DNA from: Antedon mediterranea
Lineage: Eukaryota; Animalia; Echinodermata
Assembly: GCF_964355755.1 (NCBI RefSeq)
Contig: NC_092674.1
Coordinates: 21,142,001-21,206,000 of the forward strand
DNA length: 64,000 nt
Reading direction: 5' to 3'
Shown: in pieces, positions 24,301-37,770 of the stretch
Layout of the letters: every line of letters starts with the position of its first letter
Position numbering within the stretch: position 1 is the first letter of the stretch
Position numbers and translations under genes: made by a program
The notes under the pieces: generated by a model
Told to the model about the DNA's origin: nothing
Databases searched by the model: none
The model's input: only the letters and a program-made list of their open reading frames with translations

Positions 24301-26368
24301 GATTCCATTTGCAGGAAGTGACTACCAACACAACACAAGTCTTACTCTTATTCGCCTTATTCAACATACAAATTCAATATAATTAAGAAAATATTGTAAA
24401 CATATAGGCCTATTTCATATTTTATATTGTTTAATGTAATATGGTAAATGAATGTTTATTTAGGCATATAGGCCTAATAAATTATACATAAACTCTGTTT
24501 TCATTTTAAGGATTTATTTGGAAGTCTCTAAAAAGATATCAATCAGTCAGTGTATTTAAAGCATCAAAAATGTATTTTAATATTTTATAATTAGGCCTTA
24601 TCTATATATAAATTTACGTAAAGGGCAAAAATCGGTAAATCGTGCGTTATTTCTAGAATGTTTACTCGATGGTATATAAAGTTGGTTCGTACTTTCGGTA
24701 CTAATTTTAACCACCTGATGTAACCCTGTCTACTAATTAAATTGAGTTCGATAATTAGTTATTGACGATTGGAACGAATTTAGGTTCAACGATTTGCCCC
24801 AAATAGGGGTGTTTTCCGATCGTGGTATACACTGTCTTATGGATGTCAATTTGAAAAATACCCGCACACAATAATACGAGGACACTTCGCATTTTCCTAT
24901 CTCCTCCTACGATAATTGTATTTAATAGCTGAAAACCGGTTGAACAGTTCGAGTACAGCATCATAATGTTGAAGACAGGCCGATTTTCTTTAAAAAATGC
25001 TATTTTGATACATGTAATATCAATTTTTACACATGTATTGATTTGTGATGAATGGAACATTCCAAATTATTTGGTTTAACCATAGAGGTATAGATTTAGA
25101 TTTATGGGCCCCCTTGGAGAATAAACATAAATAGTATTGCAATGCACTTTTGATCGCAATTTGAATCGCAAATATCTTACTGTGAGTGTTGGTACTGTTA
25201 GATATAATATAAACAAATATACAAATAAACTTTATTACTGTGAGTGTGGGTAGGCCCTACTGTTAGATTATAAACATATAATATACAAATAAATAAACGT
25301 TATTACTGACAGTTGCTTCTCAACGTTTGTATTAATTAATAATTTAAAAATATATAAACGTACGTACGTAGTGGTGTATCGTTACATGTACTTTACTATT
25401 TCAATCGACTATGACAGTGAGAGTTTTAACAAAGTATTAAATCGTAAATGTTTTACTGTATTTAGTGGTATATTATTTATAGGCCTATAAAACATTAAAA
25501 ACAATATTTCGTTACTGAGTGGATAAGAATATATTTTAAAATGTTTCCTCTTTGTACCTATCTTCTTCCCCCATCCCTCAACCCTTAATGTTACATACAA
25601 AACACAAATTGGGTTTGTTTAAATGAGTCCAAATAAAAAAATTTGACTCATTTTGTTTCTCTCTCGGAAGTACTTCCCAGGGTGCTAATTTTAGCTGACT
25701 ACATAAATATACGTCGTTTCTGTAAACGACAATGTATTATAGTCCTGCAGTACGTACATTTGAAATCTCCATTTTTTTCTCGCTGGAAAATACTGTGTAT
25801 TCGAGAACCATCTGTGGGCACGACCTAGCCTAGATGGTACGCGAGCGAAGCGAGCGTGCCATCTAGTAATTTATAATGATACACTGTAGACTGTATTGAA
25901 TTAAGTGTTGTCAATAATTAGGAAACCAGCTCATTTTCATTCTTGCTGTTAAAGTGGAATTACAGTAGTAGGCCTAGGCCTAGCTAGGCCTACTTTAATG
26001 CTTTACCTACCTATTATATAGGCCTAACTAGGCCTAGCCTAGTACTACTACAGTACTACTACTAGGGCCTAGAGTAGAGCCTAAAATAGGGCTCTGAGCT
26101 TATTATTAGCTACTATGGGTCCAGGCTAGTATATGGCTCGGCCTAGCTAGGGCCAGGGGGGCTATTTATTTATTTATTAGGCTCTAGGCCTAGGCCCTAA
26201 ATTAATTATTATAGTATAGGCCTAGGCCTAGGCCTAGCCTAGGCTAGTAGCCTAGGATTATTTTATTCTTACTTGCTTGACTATTCCTTTAGACCTTGTA
26301 AATAGTGGAACTCCTCCAGCTGTAGTTAAGCACATGAGATATATGGATCTAGGAAGAGAATCTTCCAT
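18317..26368 (-). CDS. FUZ: Protein fuzzy homolog (planar cell polarity effector, CPLANE complex), complete, 422 aa
   Basis: Ten GT-AG exons in phase: 26368-26273, 24258-24140, 23614-23530, 23154-23086, 22295-22191, 21827-21630, 20747-20545, 19679-19501, 19214-19073, 18389-18317 (TGA); 1269 nt. The translation includes YLMCLTTAGGVPLFTRS, GVQMFAQN, SITLIV, IKNVERLRKDLK, DVPIYLPDASPKIPHRLL and LCGPSPSL, colinear with human FUZ as recalled. Confidence 0.93.
18608..18950. mobile_element. Kolobok-like MITE in the last FUZ intron
   Basis: TTAA|AGATGTATTGTCCCCC ... GGGGGACAATATATCT|TTAA. Confidence 0.8.
19714..19975. repeat. 36-bp minisatellite, about 7 copies, FUZ intron
   Basis: AAATGTCAAGCCCACAGCCTGGGGTTCATAGTGTTC repeated head-to-tail without spacers. 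Confidence 0.92.
20398..20496. repeat. 19-bp tandem repeat x5
   Basis: ACTAGCCCTGCAGTATTTC. Confidence 0.9.
20830..21125 (+). mobile_element. tRNA-derived SINE with CORE-like central domain and L2-type tail
   Basis: Degenerate B box (GTTTGAATCC), central TGTATCCTTAGGGAAGACACTTT...CTCTCCACCCAGGTGTAT..AATGGGTA, and a GTGAAGCACTT...AAGCGCTA...TTATTATT tail. Confidence 0.6.
24601..25866 (+). mobile_element. Non-autonomous Helitron in FUZ intron 1
   Basis: A|TC 5' end (TCTATATATAAAT) and a 3' hairpin CTAGATGGTACGCGAGCGAAGCGAGCGTGCCATCTAG ending CTAG|T; no TSD. A second copy lies at 43809-45048. Confidence 0.85.
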
Positions 26369-27822
26369 TTTCGTATAATAGAAGTACAGCAAGATTCCGA
26401 AGTTAGGCTTGCTAGGCCGTCAAACAGCCTCTCTCTCCTCCCCCTACGGTGTTGTCCTCTCCGTGTTTGGTTGGTGGTGGTGGTGGCGTAGAGGTAGCGC
26501 AGATTAGGACTACGCCCTCTGTAGATAATTAAAAAATCAAACTACTCTCAGACATTCTAATCACAAAAAAAAATTTTTTAATTTCAAATATAACATCATA
26601 CCTCCATACAATACAAACAATACACTTTTCCTCAACGTAAAAAAAACATCAATTTCGACACAACAGTCTACTGTAATTGTTTAGAAAATTAGCCAGCGAC
26701 TCCAAAGAACCTTGGCGCTCGCAATTTCTTGTTTCTGAAAACAATACTATGCGGGGAGGTTCTGGAATTATGTATTCGACACCACCAACTACTAATCCCA
26801 TTCTTAAACTCACTGAAACAAACACGATACCCCATATACTATATAAACTAAATAAATAAATTATAGCAAAGAACTGATTGAACTTTTTTCAATTGTTTAT
26901 AACAAAAATTGTTTTGTCGAAGTTGATAAGCTATTCACATTAAATTAATAGGATAGTTTTATGTTTGTTAACATTATTGCGAAAATATCATTTTAAGAAA
27001 CTAAAACAACAGTAATTTGTTGCTGAATGCAACCGGCAAAAATAAATCGGGAAAAGTGGTCCTTTAAAATTGTACAGACGCGGCTCTGCTCATTCTGAAT
27101 GAATCAGTGTGTTTATCATATTCCCTGTTGCCATTGCTGTCATAAAGAAAAAACAATATCTGCTGATCCTCGAATAATTATAACACTCACTGTCTCCGAT
27201 ATGTATGGTAAACCAATCCGTGGTAAAAGCATAAACTGGTCATCTCGACTGAAAGTTAATGTCCAGACGGCTCTAATGTAAATAAGAATCCTCAAATTCT
27301 CGCCACATGCTGTAAGTCGTTATTGAAAAACTTTGCAACTTCAGCAAGACATCCATCCATCGGCGGTGTTTTCCCACTTTCCGAATCGCACACAACGCAC
27401 TGTGACACGCGCACACACTTTCGTTTCCGCCGCCGATTTGTGTTGGTACGCGCGCGTTTTATTAGTGAATGCGGGTCAAATTGTACTATGGAAACGGCAA
27501 TAATAAACATTCAATTGAATAGCTAAAACGAAGAAGATCGTTTTAACTGACCACATCTGATATTATTAACTAGAAATCTAAGAGAATTAATAAATGGATA
27601 TGCCAAATGGTAAGATCATTTACTTATGTAATATTTTTGTTATATAATACTTTAATTGCATTGATAATTAAATTGATTTAGGCCTTACAACAATTCATCT
27701 TCATTTTTTTTAGAAGACCTAGGCCTAGGCCTAAACAAGTTCGAGTAAATTCAAAAAATGATTGTGATGCTGGAACAATCAGAAACTTGCTAGCAAGTGC
27801 CCGTTCTGAGATTCAACGGTTA

Positions 27823-28092
27823 AGCCTGGTTTCCATTAAAATCGCTACAGCGTTTCCATTAAAATCGCTACACGCGCAGATGTCGCCGACGCAATCGGGA
27901 AGGCTCCCCGATTCATCGCAGTCAAATCGGCAAAGTTCAAACATGTTCAACTTTGCCGATTTTGTCGTCGGCGATGAATCGTATACGCGTACCAAAGAAT
28001 ATTTAGCGCTCGCGTACTAGATCCCCGATAAATTCTAGCGTTTCCATAGAATCGCATGCTCTGTCGTGTAGCGATTTTATGGAAACCAGGCT
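27823..28092. mobile_element. PIF/Harbinger-like MITE
   Basis: TIR AGCCTGGTTTCCAT(T)AAAATCGCTACA with a 3-bp TSD TTA on both sides. Confidence 0.85.
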
Positions 28093-29153
28093 TTACTGAT
28101 CTGATGTCCGATTACGTCGACTTAGCCGATCGACGAGTTACACATATACAAGAACCATAGGATGGTGCTTTCCCCGGAGGAACGACAGGAGTTATCTGAC
28201 AAAGATCTTGATAGAATGTTGGCATGTGAATAAACGGTCAGTCGTAGCAGCTCCGCTAAATTCTTCTAAAACATTACTAATATTTAACTATCATCAAGTC
28301 TAAGTATATTTGAACTGTGAGTATTTCATTTGTAGTATACTAATCTTAATTAGATGATTTTGTAGAAAATTGATATTTTATTTATATAGATAAAGTTTTA
28401 ATAAGTGACGGGTACCACTTTTTACCCTATAGTACATCGACACGTTTTACCGTATGCTTATTTTTTTTTAAACAGATAATATTATTATAAAGGTTAAAGG
28501 CATATCCAAATTAAGTTGGAGTTTTTAGAAACATTTGAAGCAACACGATCTTGCTGGTCGACTTTGAAAAAAAAGATTACAGTTAGAATTTGTTTGTTTG
28601 TTTTTTTAATACAGTATGGTGCATGGATCCGCATTAGGCCAAGTCGCCTCGTCGGTTGAAAATTAAACATGAAAGTTCACAATTTCAATTTTCAAAGATT
28701 CAACTCAGACAGCACCGACGAGCCAAGACAATTTCGTCGGGCCTTGTCGTACGACGCTATCTGAGTTTACAATATACAATGTTACGTTAGCAATATTCAC
28801 ATGTCAATAAACATTTTGTTTAAACTAAGGCCCGTTAGTGAAGAAGCTATATTGGACTGGTGAAAAGTTGACCACATTTTAACATAAAACTCTATCAAAT
28901 ACAGCCAATCTCTAAACAGTGACGATAAGTGTACCAACAAATGTATCAAATGAAAATATCATACATTGCATAAAGTTCCACAATTTAGCCCTATTTAGTA
29001 AAAAATGAACGACATTATAAATCAAAATGTGTTTAAATAAGGTAAAACCTTCTAATATAATTAACTAATCCTATGCAAAGTGCAGATAAACTGGCCAAAT
29101 TCATGATAAAATGATACACCTTAACGACCAGTTCTACTGAATACTGTTAGACC

Positions 29154-32100
29154 CTACCCCTTAGGAAGGCCTTTTTCATAACCAAACAATAGAAAATCGT
29201 ATAGATATCTCTGATATAAGGCTTCTAATTCTGAATCTGAAATTGCAGCATAACTTTGTACAACTCTCTCATGACTCGAGCTATTTGTAAAGTGTGTTCC
29301 TGTTGATTTTGGGAACTCTAAGTTAGTTCCTACAAGCTTTAGGATGTAATTTGAATCATTCTCTATATCCTCCATGCGACCGATGACGTCATAGTTGATA
29401 TCGCATGGATGACATATCGAATACATTCTTTCCCAGTGAATATTGCGGTAGTAATGTTTAGAAACTAACATTTTAACGAATTCACCAAATGTCAAATCAT
29501 GTTTTCCAGTAACGTTTCCAGGTCTTACTCTCTTTATAATTGCGTGATTCAATACTTTTTGTAAACCGTGTTTAAAATCACTTGTATTCTTTGCAACAAG
29601 TTTATCATTATAAGCTGATAATAACCGAGTAAAAGGATTCCTCACAAACATAACTTTCGTGTAATTTCGCATTATTTCTTCCTGTTCATTGACAGTAAAC
29701 TGTTTTAGAAGAGATACATGTTTTTTCCAAGTAGCAGACACCTTTGGAGCACTCATTTCCAGTACATCGGAATAGTTTTTATATCCAGACAGAACTAAGA
29801 ACAGTTTACACCAACTAACTGTTGCTACTTTAGGTGTTTGACAATAAACAATTTTATGTTTTTCATTAACTAGAATATTAGGATACTTTTTCATTTTTGG
29901 AATCTCATTACGATATTTGTTGCACATATTTGTTATGTATCTAGTGTATTGCTCACTTCTGTCTGAGTATCGCTTCATAAATGCATCCGAAGCCATCTTA
30001 GATTTGACTTCATTAGATGGTGCGGCTTGTATGATCTGTAAGAAAATTAATCAGAATTATGGATTTTTTTAAATAGTTTATATTTCATTAATTCAGTCTA
30101 TAGATATAATTCTTATTGACCTAAATGTTACATTGTGTCTAAATAATGATTTTCAACTCAATTTAACTTTATTTTATCAAAGCAGATCAAACTATCAAGT
30201 TGGTCTATCATGTGTATTTAGGCCTACTATCATACTGTAGGCATATTTACGTTTATGTTGTCTTCAATCTTGTTTTACCATTTTCCTTTTAGTTGCAAAT
30301 CACCACTCGTTAATATTATATGCTGAATACAAGTCAGTATTTTTGCTAAAGCTCTGTTATCTACATTATTAAACTTGACGTGACAACAAAATGTGATGTG
30401 CCCATGGGCATGATGATGTCATATCACTACCATATTTGGGCATATCACTACCATATTTGGGCATATCACTACCATATTTGGGCATATCACTAACATTTTT
30501 TTACTTTGTTTGTCAAACTAGTTTTTTTTTTAAATAGACAGCTCTGTTGTCTACACTATTAAACTTGATGTGACAACAAAATGTGGTGTGCCCATGGGCA
30601 TGATGATGTCATATCACTACCATATTTGGGCATATCACTACCATATTTGGGCATATCACTACCATATTTGGGCATATCACTATCATTTTTTTACTTTGTT
30701 TGTCAAACTATTTTTTTTTTTAAATAGACAGCTCTGTTGTCTACACTATTAAACTTGATGTGACAACAAAATGTGATGTGCCCATGGACATGATGATGTC
30801 ATATCACTACCATATTTGGGCATATCACTATCATTTTTTTTACTTTGTTTGTCAAACTAGTTTTTTTTTAAATAGACAGAGCTTAATTCTACACATAATA
30901 ATATGTTGTTATCACTTTGTTATCCTCTCCTATTTCGTTATATTCTTAACAAGACAATAACGATCGACAACACATCTTTTGAATATATTATTTTCATCAA
31001 AGACAGTAATTATTATTCTGATAAAAACTGTTTCTAATATCGTTTGTCGAAGGAAAATGATTATTTATTATCGTCGATCATCATTGTCCGTAAATACTAT
31101 TCAGGCTACAATTTAAGAGTATAAAAACATGATTACTTGTTTTGTTCTGCCATAATATTATAATACAATTATAATTTTGGTTTTTAAATTTCAACTGTGT
31201 ACCTTTTTTAAACAATTTACTTTCATTGAAAGGTCATGATGACGTATAACAAGAATATGATTATTAATATTTTAACGTGGGCAATTAACCTAAATTACTC
31301 AATCAACAAGTTGAGTGTCCGAACAAAAGAACGATTAAATATCACTTTGAAACCACCTTGTATTTATATATATTTTCCATATGTTGAAGGAAAATAGTAG
31401 TATAAAATTATTGTTAGAAATCAATATGTTCTTTTCAAATCGACATGTGTTTTCAGTTAAAACACAATAATTAATTTGTCGGGAAAGTGCACAATGTCTT
31501 TATTATAGCCAATAAATACAAGAAATTGCTTCTATAATTTAATACTAGTAGTTTTCGTTTTGGGACGACGTGGAGAGAATATAAACGAGGTCATGTCACC
31601 GTGTGTTTTGCATTATAGTTATATATTTAAATAGGTCTACAGTACACTGGCCTACGGCGTCGTTAACTATAAAACCAACAGGTAAACACTATTATTATAA
31701 ATTTGGATTGGTCATTCAAGTCCAAGTCATTATCTTTGGTTAGTCGGTTAATCGAGAAATTATTGAGTAACAACAAACAAACATTCTTTTTAACCTTCTC
31801 ACAATAATGTAATCACAATGATAATTGTATATATGAATGGGTTAGCTACGGAAAGGAAAAATGAAGAGTTTGTTTAGGCCTACATAATTCACATAACAAT
31901 CTTGCTATATCAATATTAATTATGCCTACCACGATGCTTGAACAGTGTTCCAAATTTAGGCATGGCATATACACGTAAATAGCAAGTATAATAATAATAA
32001 TAATGGTCATCTATAATTAGCGCCTAATACAATGTTTCTAAGCGCTTTACACACAAAAATGATGCATTATTATAATAGCATAAGATAATAAGAAAAAGGA

Positions 32101-33775
32101 CAAGCAAAGGAACCATTTACACCTAGTTCTCCAGTACTTAACGCTCCCATATGAGAGCTCGTCGGAACAGAATTCACAGGAGCTCTAGTGAAAAGGCATA
32201 TATCTACCATTCTATCAAAATAAGAAGTTTTCATTCATTCATTCCATCGGACACGTACGTCCATAGTAATTTTCAAAAACAATTGCATCACATTAGAACA
32301 AAAGGTTTAAATAAAAAGGCACACACACACCCAACCCCACACACCCAGAGACAACTGATAAGGTCATCTCAGGATCTCCATCATCATTGTAATGGAGCCT
32401 GCATGATTCAAATGATGATATCATAATATATTCTATAATTTCAGTTTGCTAGCAGACATTCTCTGTAATAATATAATGAAAAGACAGATTTTCTTAGATA
32501 CTCCACAAAAGACGGGACGCCATTATTAACAAACACGTCACTAGCACTGCAGTGGCAACCTTAACAATAACGATTAAGTTAGGTCGATCTCAAGATAATC
32601 CACATTAAACAAGGCCAACAGCCATAAGTCGCGTGCTAAATGCATAGTGATACCGGACCGACAGACAGACCGACAGACAGACCGACAGACCGGCCGACCG
32701 ATCGACCGACAGACCGACCGACATAGTGAACTATAGAGTCGCGTCCACGCGACTAAAAATGTATAATAGTAGTAATAAATATGTTTTAAAATGGCTAGGC
32801 CTTACGGTTATCGTACCTTGTTTCTGTTTGTCCACTTTGATATTTCTCCATGATGCTTCAACAACGTTTCATATTTAGTCATGCCATTTACACTCAAATT
32901 TGATGATTGCAAGACAATCTACGGCAAAAAAAAAACGTAACACGTCTCACAAGATGCCAAACGAACAATTTAATTAGAAATAATTTTTCCTCCTTTTGAA
33001 CTATAATATAACTTGTTATATATACGGGTTTTTTTCTCTCTACATTCCTTCATAACAAAAATAATAGGTGGAAATTCGTAAACGTCAAAAAAAGAAGGAA
33101 AAAGAAATTGTATAGGCCTTTAATAATTGCAAAATGATGCAGAAGAATTGAAATTTAAAAAAAACTTGTAAATTCATACATTAAAATTACGGTACGTTAT
33201 CATTAGTTTATGGTTTTATTAGTTTAGGTTTATTGTATGCCAACGATCGATCTTAACTTAACATTATCATATAACGGCACATCGATATATAATGTTTCCA
33301 TATTTTACCAAACATACCTGAGTGGTTGTTCCGTCTGTTTTCTTGAAAGTAATCACCCCTGTGAATAATAAATAAATGATACAGACATTAGCTTTTTGTA
33401 ATCTATCAAAATCAATAATATTCTGTTTTTCTTGCTTCGATCGTCTCTGCCTTTTCCAATTCAATTTATTTTCCACATACAACTACTACAACCTAGTACA
33501 TAAAGGATGCATATTTTAAGATCTGTGCAGGGCACAGATCTTTAAGCTAATAAGCAACCTTAGAAAATACTAAATAGTCGAATTGTTGAAACAACATGAT
33601 ATAATTCTGTCGCTTGTTGTAATCTCTCGTTCATGTTGCACTTCATAAATATGTGTCTTAACTTTTTTTTCTTACATGTATAATCAGAAGTCCACTTATA
33701 TAAACCAAAGCTAAATCCGAATCCGATTACAATGACAGCAATAAATACAGTAGTTAGATACGAAGTGTTGGCCAT
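29154..33775 (-). CDS. Carbohydrate sulfotransferase (Sulfotransfer_2; CHST8-14/CHST11-like), type II Golgi membrane protein, about 374 aa
   Basis: Large terminal exon 30035-29154 has the 5'-PSB motif YCQTPKVATVSW, the 3'-PB motif FVRNPFTRLLSAY, HW..MYSICHPC.INYDVIG and DFLLFGY. Exon 1 (33775-33676) encodes a signal-anchor TM (MANTSYLTTVFIAVIVIGFGFSFGLY). Phase-compatible stem exons 33358-33318 and 32918-32817 are tentative. Confidence 0.88.
30350..30880. repeat. About 190-bp tandem repeat x3 with a nested 21-bp unit
   Basis: Each unit contains (CATATCACTACCATATTTGGG)n with variable copy number. Confidence 0.88.
32605..32759 (+). mobile_element. Helentron-associated (HINE/DINE-1-like) element
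   Basis: AGTCGCGT subterminal motif, a (GACA/GACC)n microsatellite, and a 3' hairpin AGTCGCGTCCACGCGACT followed by an A-run. A related copy lies at about 48200-48290. Confidence 0.65.
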
Positions 33776-35979
33776 CTTTCATCAACGTTTGTGGAGTTGA
33801 AAACTGTTCAGTTTTAAATTCGGTGAGTGGCGTTTTGCTGCGTTGAGGTCAGACAATTTTACAGGAAAATGGATAGTTTGGCTATGAACGTTGACGTAGT
33901 CTAGATAACTGAAATACTAATGATTGACAGGAAAAGAGGTTCAAAACAACCATAGAATTCGTTAATACAGGAAAAGTTAAAACTAAACTAAACAAATTAT
34001 TATGAAAATAATAATAATTATAACAATATTAAAAATGCACTCTTTACATGAGAAAATGTAAATTAAAGAATAATTTTAATTGGGAGCAAAAGTCTTTAAT
34101 AATTGATTGAAATAAGTGTAACTAAACATGCGTATAATATAATATTATATTTCAGAAATTTTTATTCATTCATAAAAAAAGCAATCATATACAACGGCAG
34201 CCAAAAGGTTGAAAAGTAGCATTTTGCAATTACAACTCATTTATTTTAAAAAATAAAAAGTTCAAAAAGTTTCTAAAAAAAATGTAAATTGATATACAGT
34301 TTGTAGTACCTATTCAAATTTCGTCGAATTATCATTATTAATTTGACGAACTAAATCTTGGTTACCACTTGGTAAACCACAACGCAAGCGAATTGAACGA
34401 CTATCAGTTCGTTCAACTTACGTCCTTACATTTCCTTCTACTGTAATGTATAGGCCTACCCACATTACAGAAAAAGTTTAATTCTTCTGTTAGCTAGCGA
34501 TGGAGCTGACAACTCAAGTGCATATTCATAGGATAGGCCTACAGAAATGCCACAAATAATGCAGATCTCTTTTAACAAATCTTTCTTAATTGGCATTGTC
34601 ATCATTCGCAATACTGGTATGAAGTGTTCCAAATAGGCAATCGTAAAAGTCGTATATAACAAGTAGGCCTAAATACAAATACATCCTAATAGAAGATAAT
34701 GTTTAGTTGATAGAAACGTCCAAAATAGATAAAGGCCGACTTTGTGCATTAGGCCAGTTGACCGGCTTATAATTCTAGTAGTAGTGATTTTATTATACCG
34801 GTGTCATAACTATTAGGCCTATAACATAAAAAGAACAAAATAAATGTTGCAACATGATTTACCTGTGTACGTCTGAGTACAGTACCGTACTCCTCTTGTT
34901 CTGTGCATTTTCACTGTAAAAAGTATTATTACAGCAGCCGGGAGCAAAAGTCCATCACGGTGTATTCGAAGCCTTTGTAAAATCTGATCAGTTAAACTAT
35001 TGATTGGATTGTCATTATTACCGTATGTCCAATCTGAGACAATGTCTCTGGTCCAATTTTAAAATCCGACAATTTTTGTATCTATCAATAATTCATACAT
35101 GAGGCATTATCGCATTATAGGCTAGCTCAAAGGCCTGACATAACTTCCGATATCATTAACAAAAAATCAGATGTATGATTGGGGAAATCATTTCCACAAT
35201 ATGGCTGTATTGGTTCTTGGTGGCTCGGCATAGTGAGTATAATATAGCCATTAAATATGAAACACTAATTTAAATCAGTTATCCATGTCTCAAAATATTA
35301 GGAACATAATGTAGGCCTAATAGAAGCTAAAAATATTACACAATCAATTTACATCTACAGGTATAACAATAATACCAAATCATGAATCAAAATGTTTATG
35401 AGAAAAAATAATAAAAAACGATAATTATAAAGGATTTTGTTTGATTTTTTGTCATTCATTCTTTTATTTTGAAAAAGTTATTAAACATTATTAAACTAAA
35501 ACATGGTGTCATAAGTTAATTTCCCGATTCATCGTGAAATCAAAAATAGTCATCCACACTCCCCAAAAGAAGAAAGTTTATCATTCTATACTTCGGCTTT
35601 AGCTGAAATGTTTCTTTTTTTTGGAAATAGAATATACAATGTTTGAATATTAGTGTAAAAAGTTGAATGTAATGATCTTATAGATTAAATTGTCAAGGTA
35701 TTCTTGTTCATATCCAAAATGCAAAAAAAAAATGTGTATTTTCTATAAATTCTCATCATATCTGAGCGTGTAATCTGGGTTCCAGACGGAGTTTTGTTTT
35801 AATTTTAGTAAAAAGATAAATATTTTTGCACATAATATGGCGTTTTAAACGTATACTACTTGAGCTTGGTATTTTCAGTCAAAAATCGAAATAAAAATAA
35901 TAAATATAAAAAAAATAAAATAATTAAAAAAAACAAGACAATGAGTACAGACTTAGGGCAAGTCTACTGAGCGTGTAAC

Positions 35980-36108
35980 TGTAGCATAACTTTGTTTGAT
36001 CTTGACAAGGTGCGAACTGTTTGTAAAATGTGTTCCTGTCGATTTAGGAAATCTTATATCACTTCCCACAAGTCTTAATATATAGTTTTAATCGTCTTCA
36101 ATATTTAA
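35980..36108 (-). pseudogene. Carbohydrate sulfotransferase 3' fragment
   Basis: Closely matches about 48584-48715 (ILRLVGSDIRFPKSTGTHFTNSSH..KIKQSYAT). Confidence 0.8.
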
Positions 36109-37649
36109 AAAATTGCAAAAAGTGTCACTATTGACCTTTTAAATGCATGATATGGACTGTTTAATGGAGAGGATGTTTTTCCTATATTTTTCAAGATAAA
36201 CATTTTTTTATTGGTGCATAACTGGAAAATTGACTTGAATTTGAACAATTCTATTCATTCATAAATGGTGCATAAATCTTTGTTGACATCATTAATTATA
36301 TTTACTATTTGCGTATGATACTTAATTTACCACGACATAATAGTGCATCAGCTATGTTTGTTAGTAATGGTATATTATCATTTAAAGAAAACATCAGAAA
36401 ATCTATATTTATGGTTTCTCACTAAGAGTCAACCACTCTAATAATATCCTGGTTATGTGCATTATGAGAAATGTCTTTTACGGCTCAGAAATGGATGCAA
36501 ACTGGGGATTTTTACTAGTTTGTGGTCCATGGGATGTTGTATTATTATTGTATTGTTTTATTATGTATATTAGTTAAAGAGCTTTGTATCTGTATATTTA
36601 CATTTGATTACGAAATAAAGACTAAATGAAAAATGAATGAAATTTATTTATTTACTTATTTAACAACATATTTATACAGGATTATACACAATCAAGTATA
36701 GAAATATACTTGTTTGCATTTTGGTACTGTCGACAAAAACGAATACAAATTTAATCTTATACAATTACAATTAATAATAATAGCAACAAAAATTATAAAC
36801 TGGCAGTTAAATGTTATGAAAAGAAATGAGATCTGTATCTAGCTTTAAATCTGCTGGCAAGTCATTCCATATTTTTCCGCCTGCAACTTTAAAAGACGAA
36901 TCCATTTTGCTACAGGTATAATGAGGTATAACAATATTTAAGTTGAATGGGTGTGTACATTCCCAATTAGTTCAATTTTATTTGTCAATCTGGTTGGATA
37001 CATTTACACATTAGACTAGCTAGATAAAAATCTCTTCTCTCTTCAAATGTTTTCCAGGAAAGATCCTGAATTGTGTCATCACTCCTCACGTCAACAAAAT
37101 CAAAATGTTGGTAACATTGCGAGCCGCTCTTATATGAAGATATTCTTGTTTTGCTCAGGGGTATTTCCCCAAACAGTTATCGCATAGTCACTACAAGGTT
37201 GTATGGTACTCAAAAACAACGTTCTAATAATGATTTATTTAGACATCCCGCCATTTTACTCAACATTGTAATTTTATACTCAATATTTTTACTGATAGAC
37301 TGGGTATTCTGTTTTCACGTTAGCAGTAATTCATCTATAATAACTCCAAGATATCTTATACTATCAACTTGTTCAATTTTGGTGGGCCCAATTTTAATAT
37401 CCAGTTGGTTATTATCTACTGAACGACTGTTACTGAGTAACATGACCTTAGTTTTGTCTGTATAGGGATTGAGAGGTGGTTTTTATTATACCATTCACTA
37501 ACATTATTCATGATTATTTGTAGAGAATCGTTTACAGACTTAGTTGAATTACCAGTAGTATACACAACAACATCATCAGCAAAAATGCTGCAAGTTCCAT
37601 TTATAACAGACTGCGAGAAATATCATTAATAAACAGAAGAAAAAGAATG

Positions 37650-37770
37650 GGGTGTCTAGAAAACTCAGATCTTGATATCTGAGTTTTCTAGATCTAGAAA
37701 AGTCAGATATCTGAGTTTTCTAGATCTAGAAAAGTCAGATATATCTGAGATCTGAGTTTTCTAGACATCC
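37650..37770. mobile_element. Small MULE-like foldback MITE inside the LINE
   Basis: TIR GGGTGTCTAGAAAACTCAGATC / GATCTGAGTTTTCTAGACATCC, a palindromic tandem interior, and a 9-bp TSD AAAAGAATG (37641-49 and 37771-79). Confidence 0.8.

Noticed and set aside
24755-25060. 101-aa ORF in the Helitron as a captured gene
   Set aside because: No recognisable motif, and the second copy carries an indel in the frame.
30250-30322. Extra sulfotransferase stem exon
   Set aside because: Candidate splice sites give stops or an incompatible phase.
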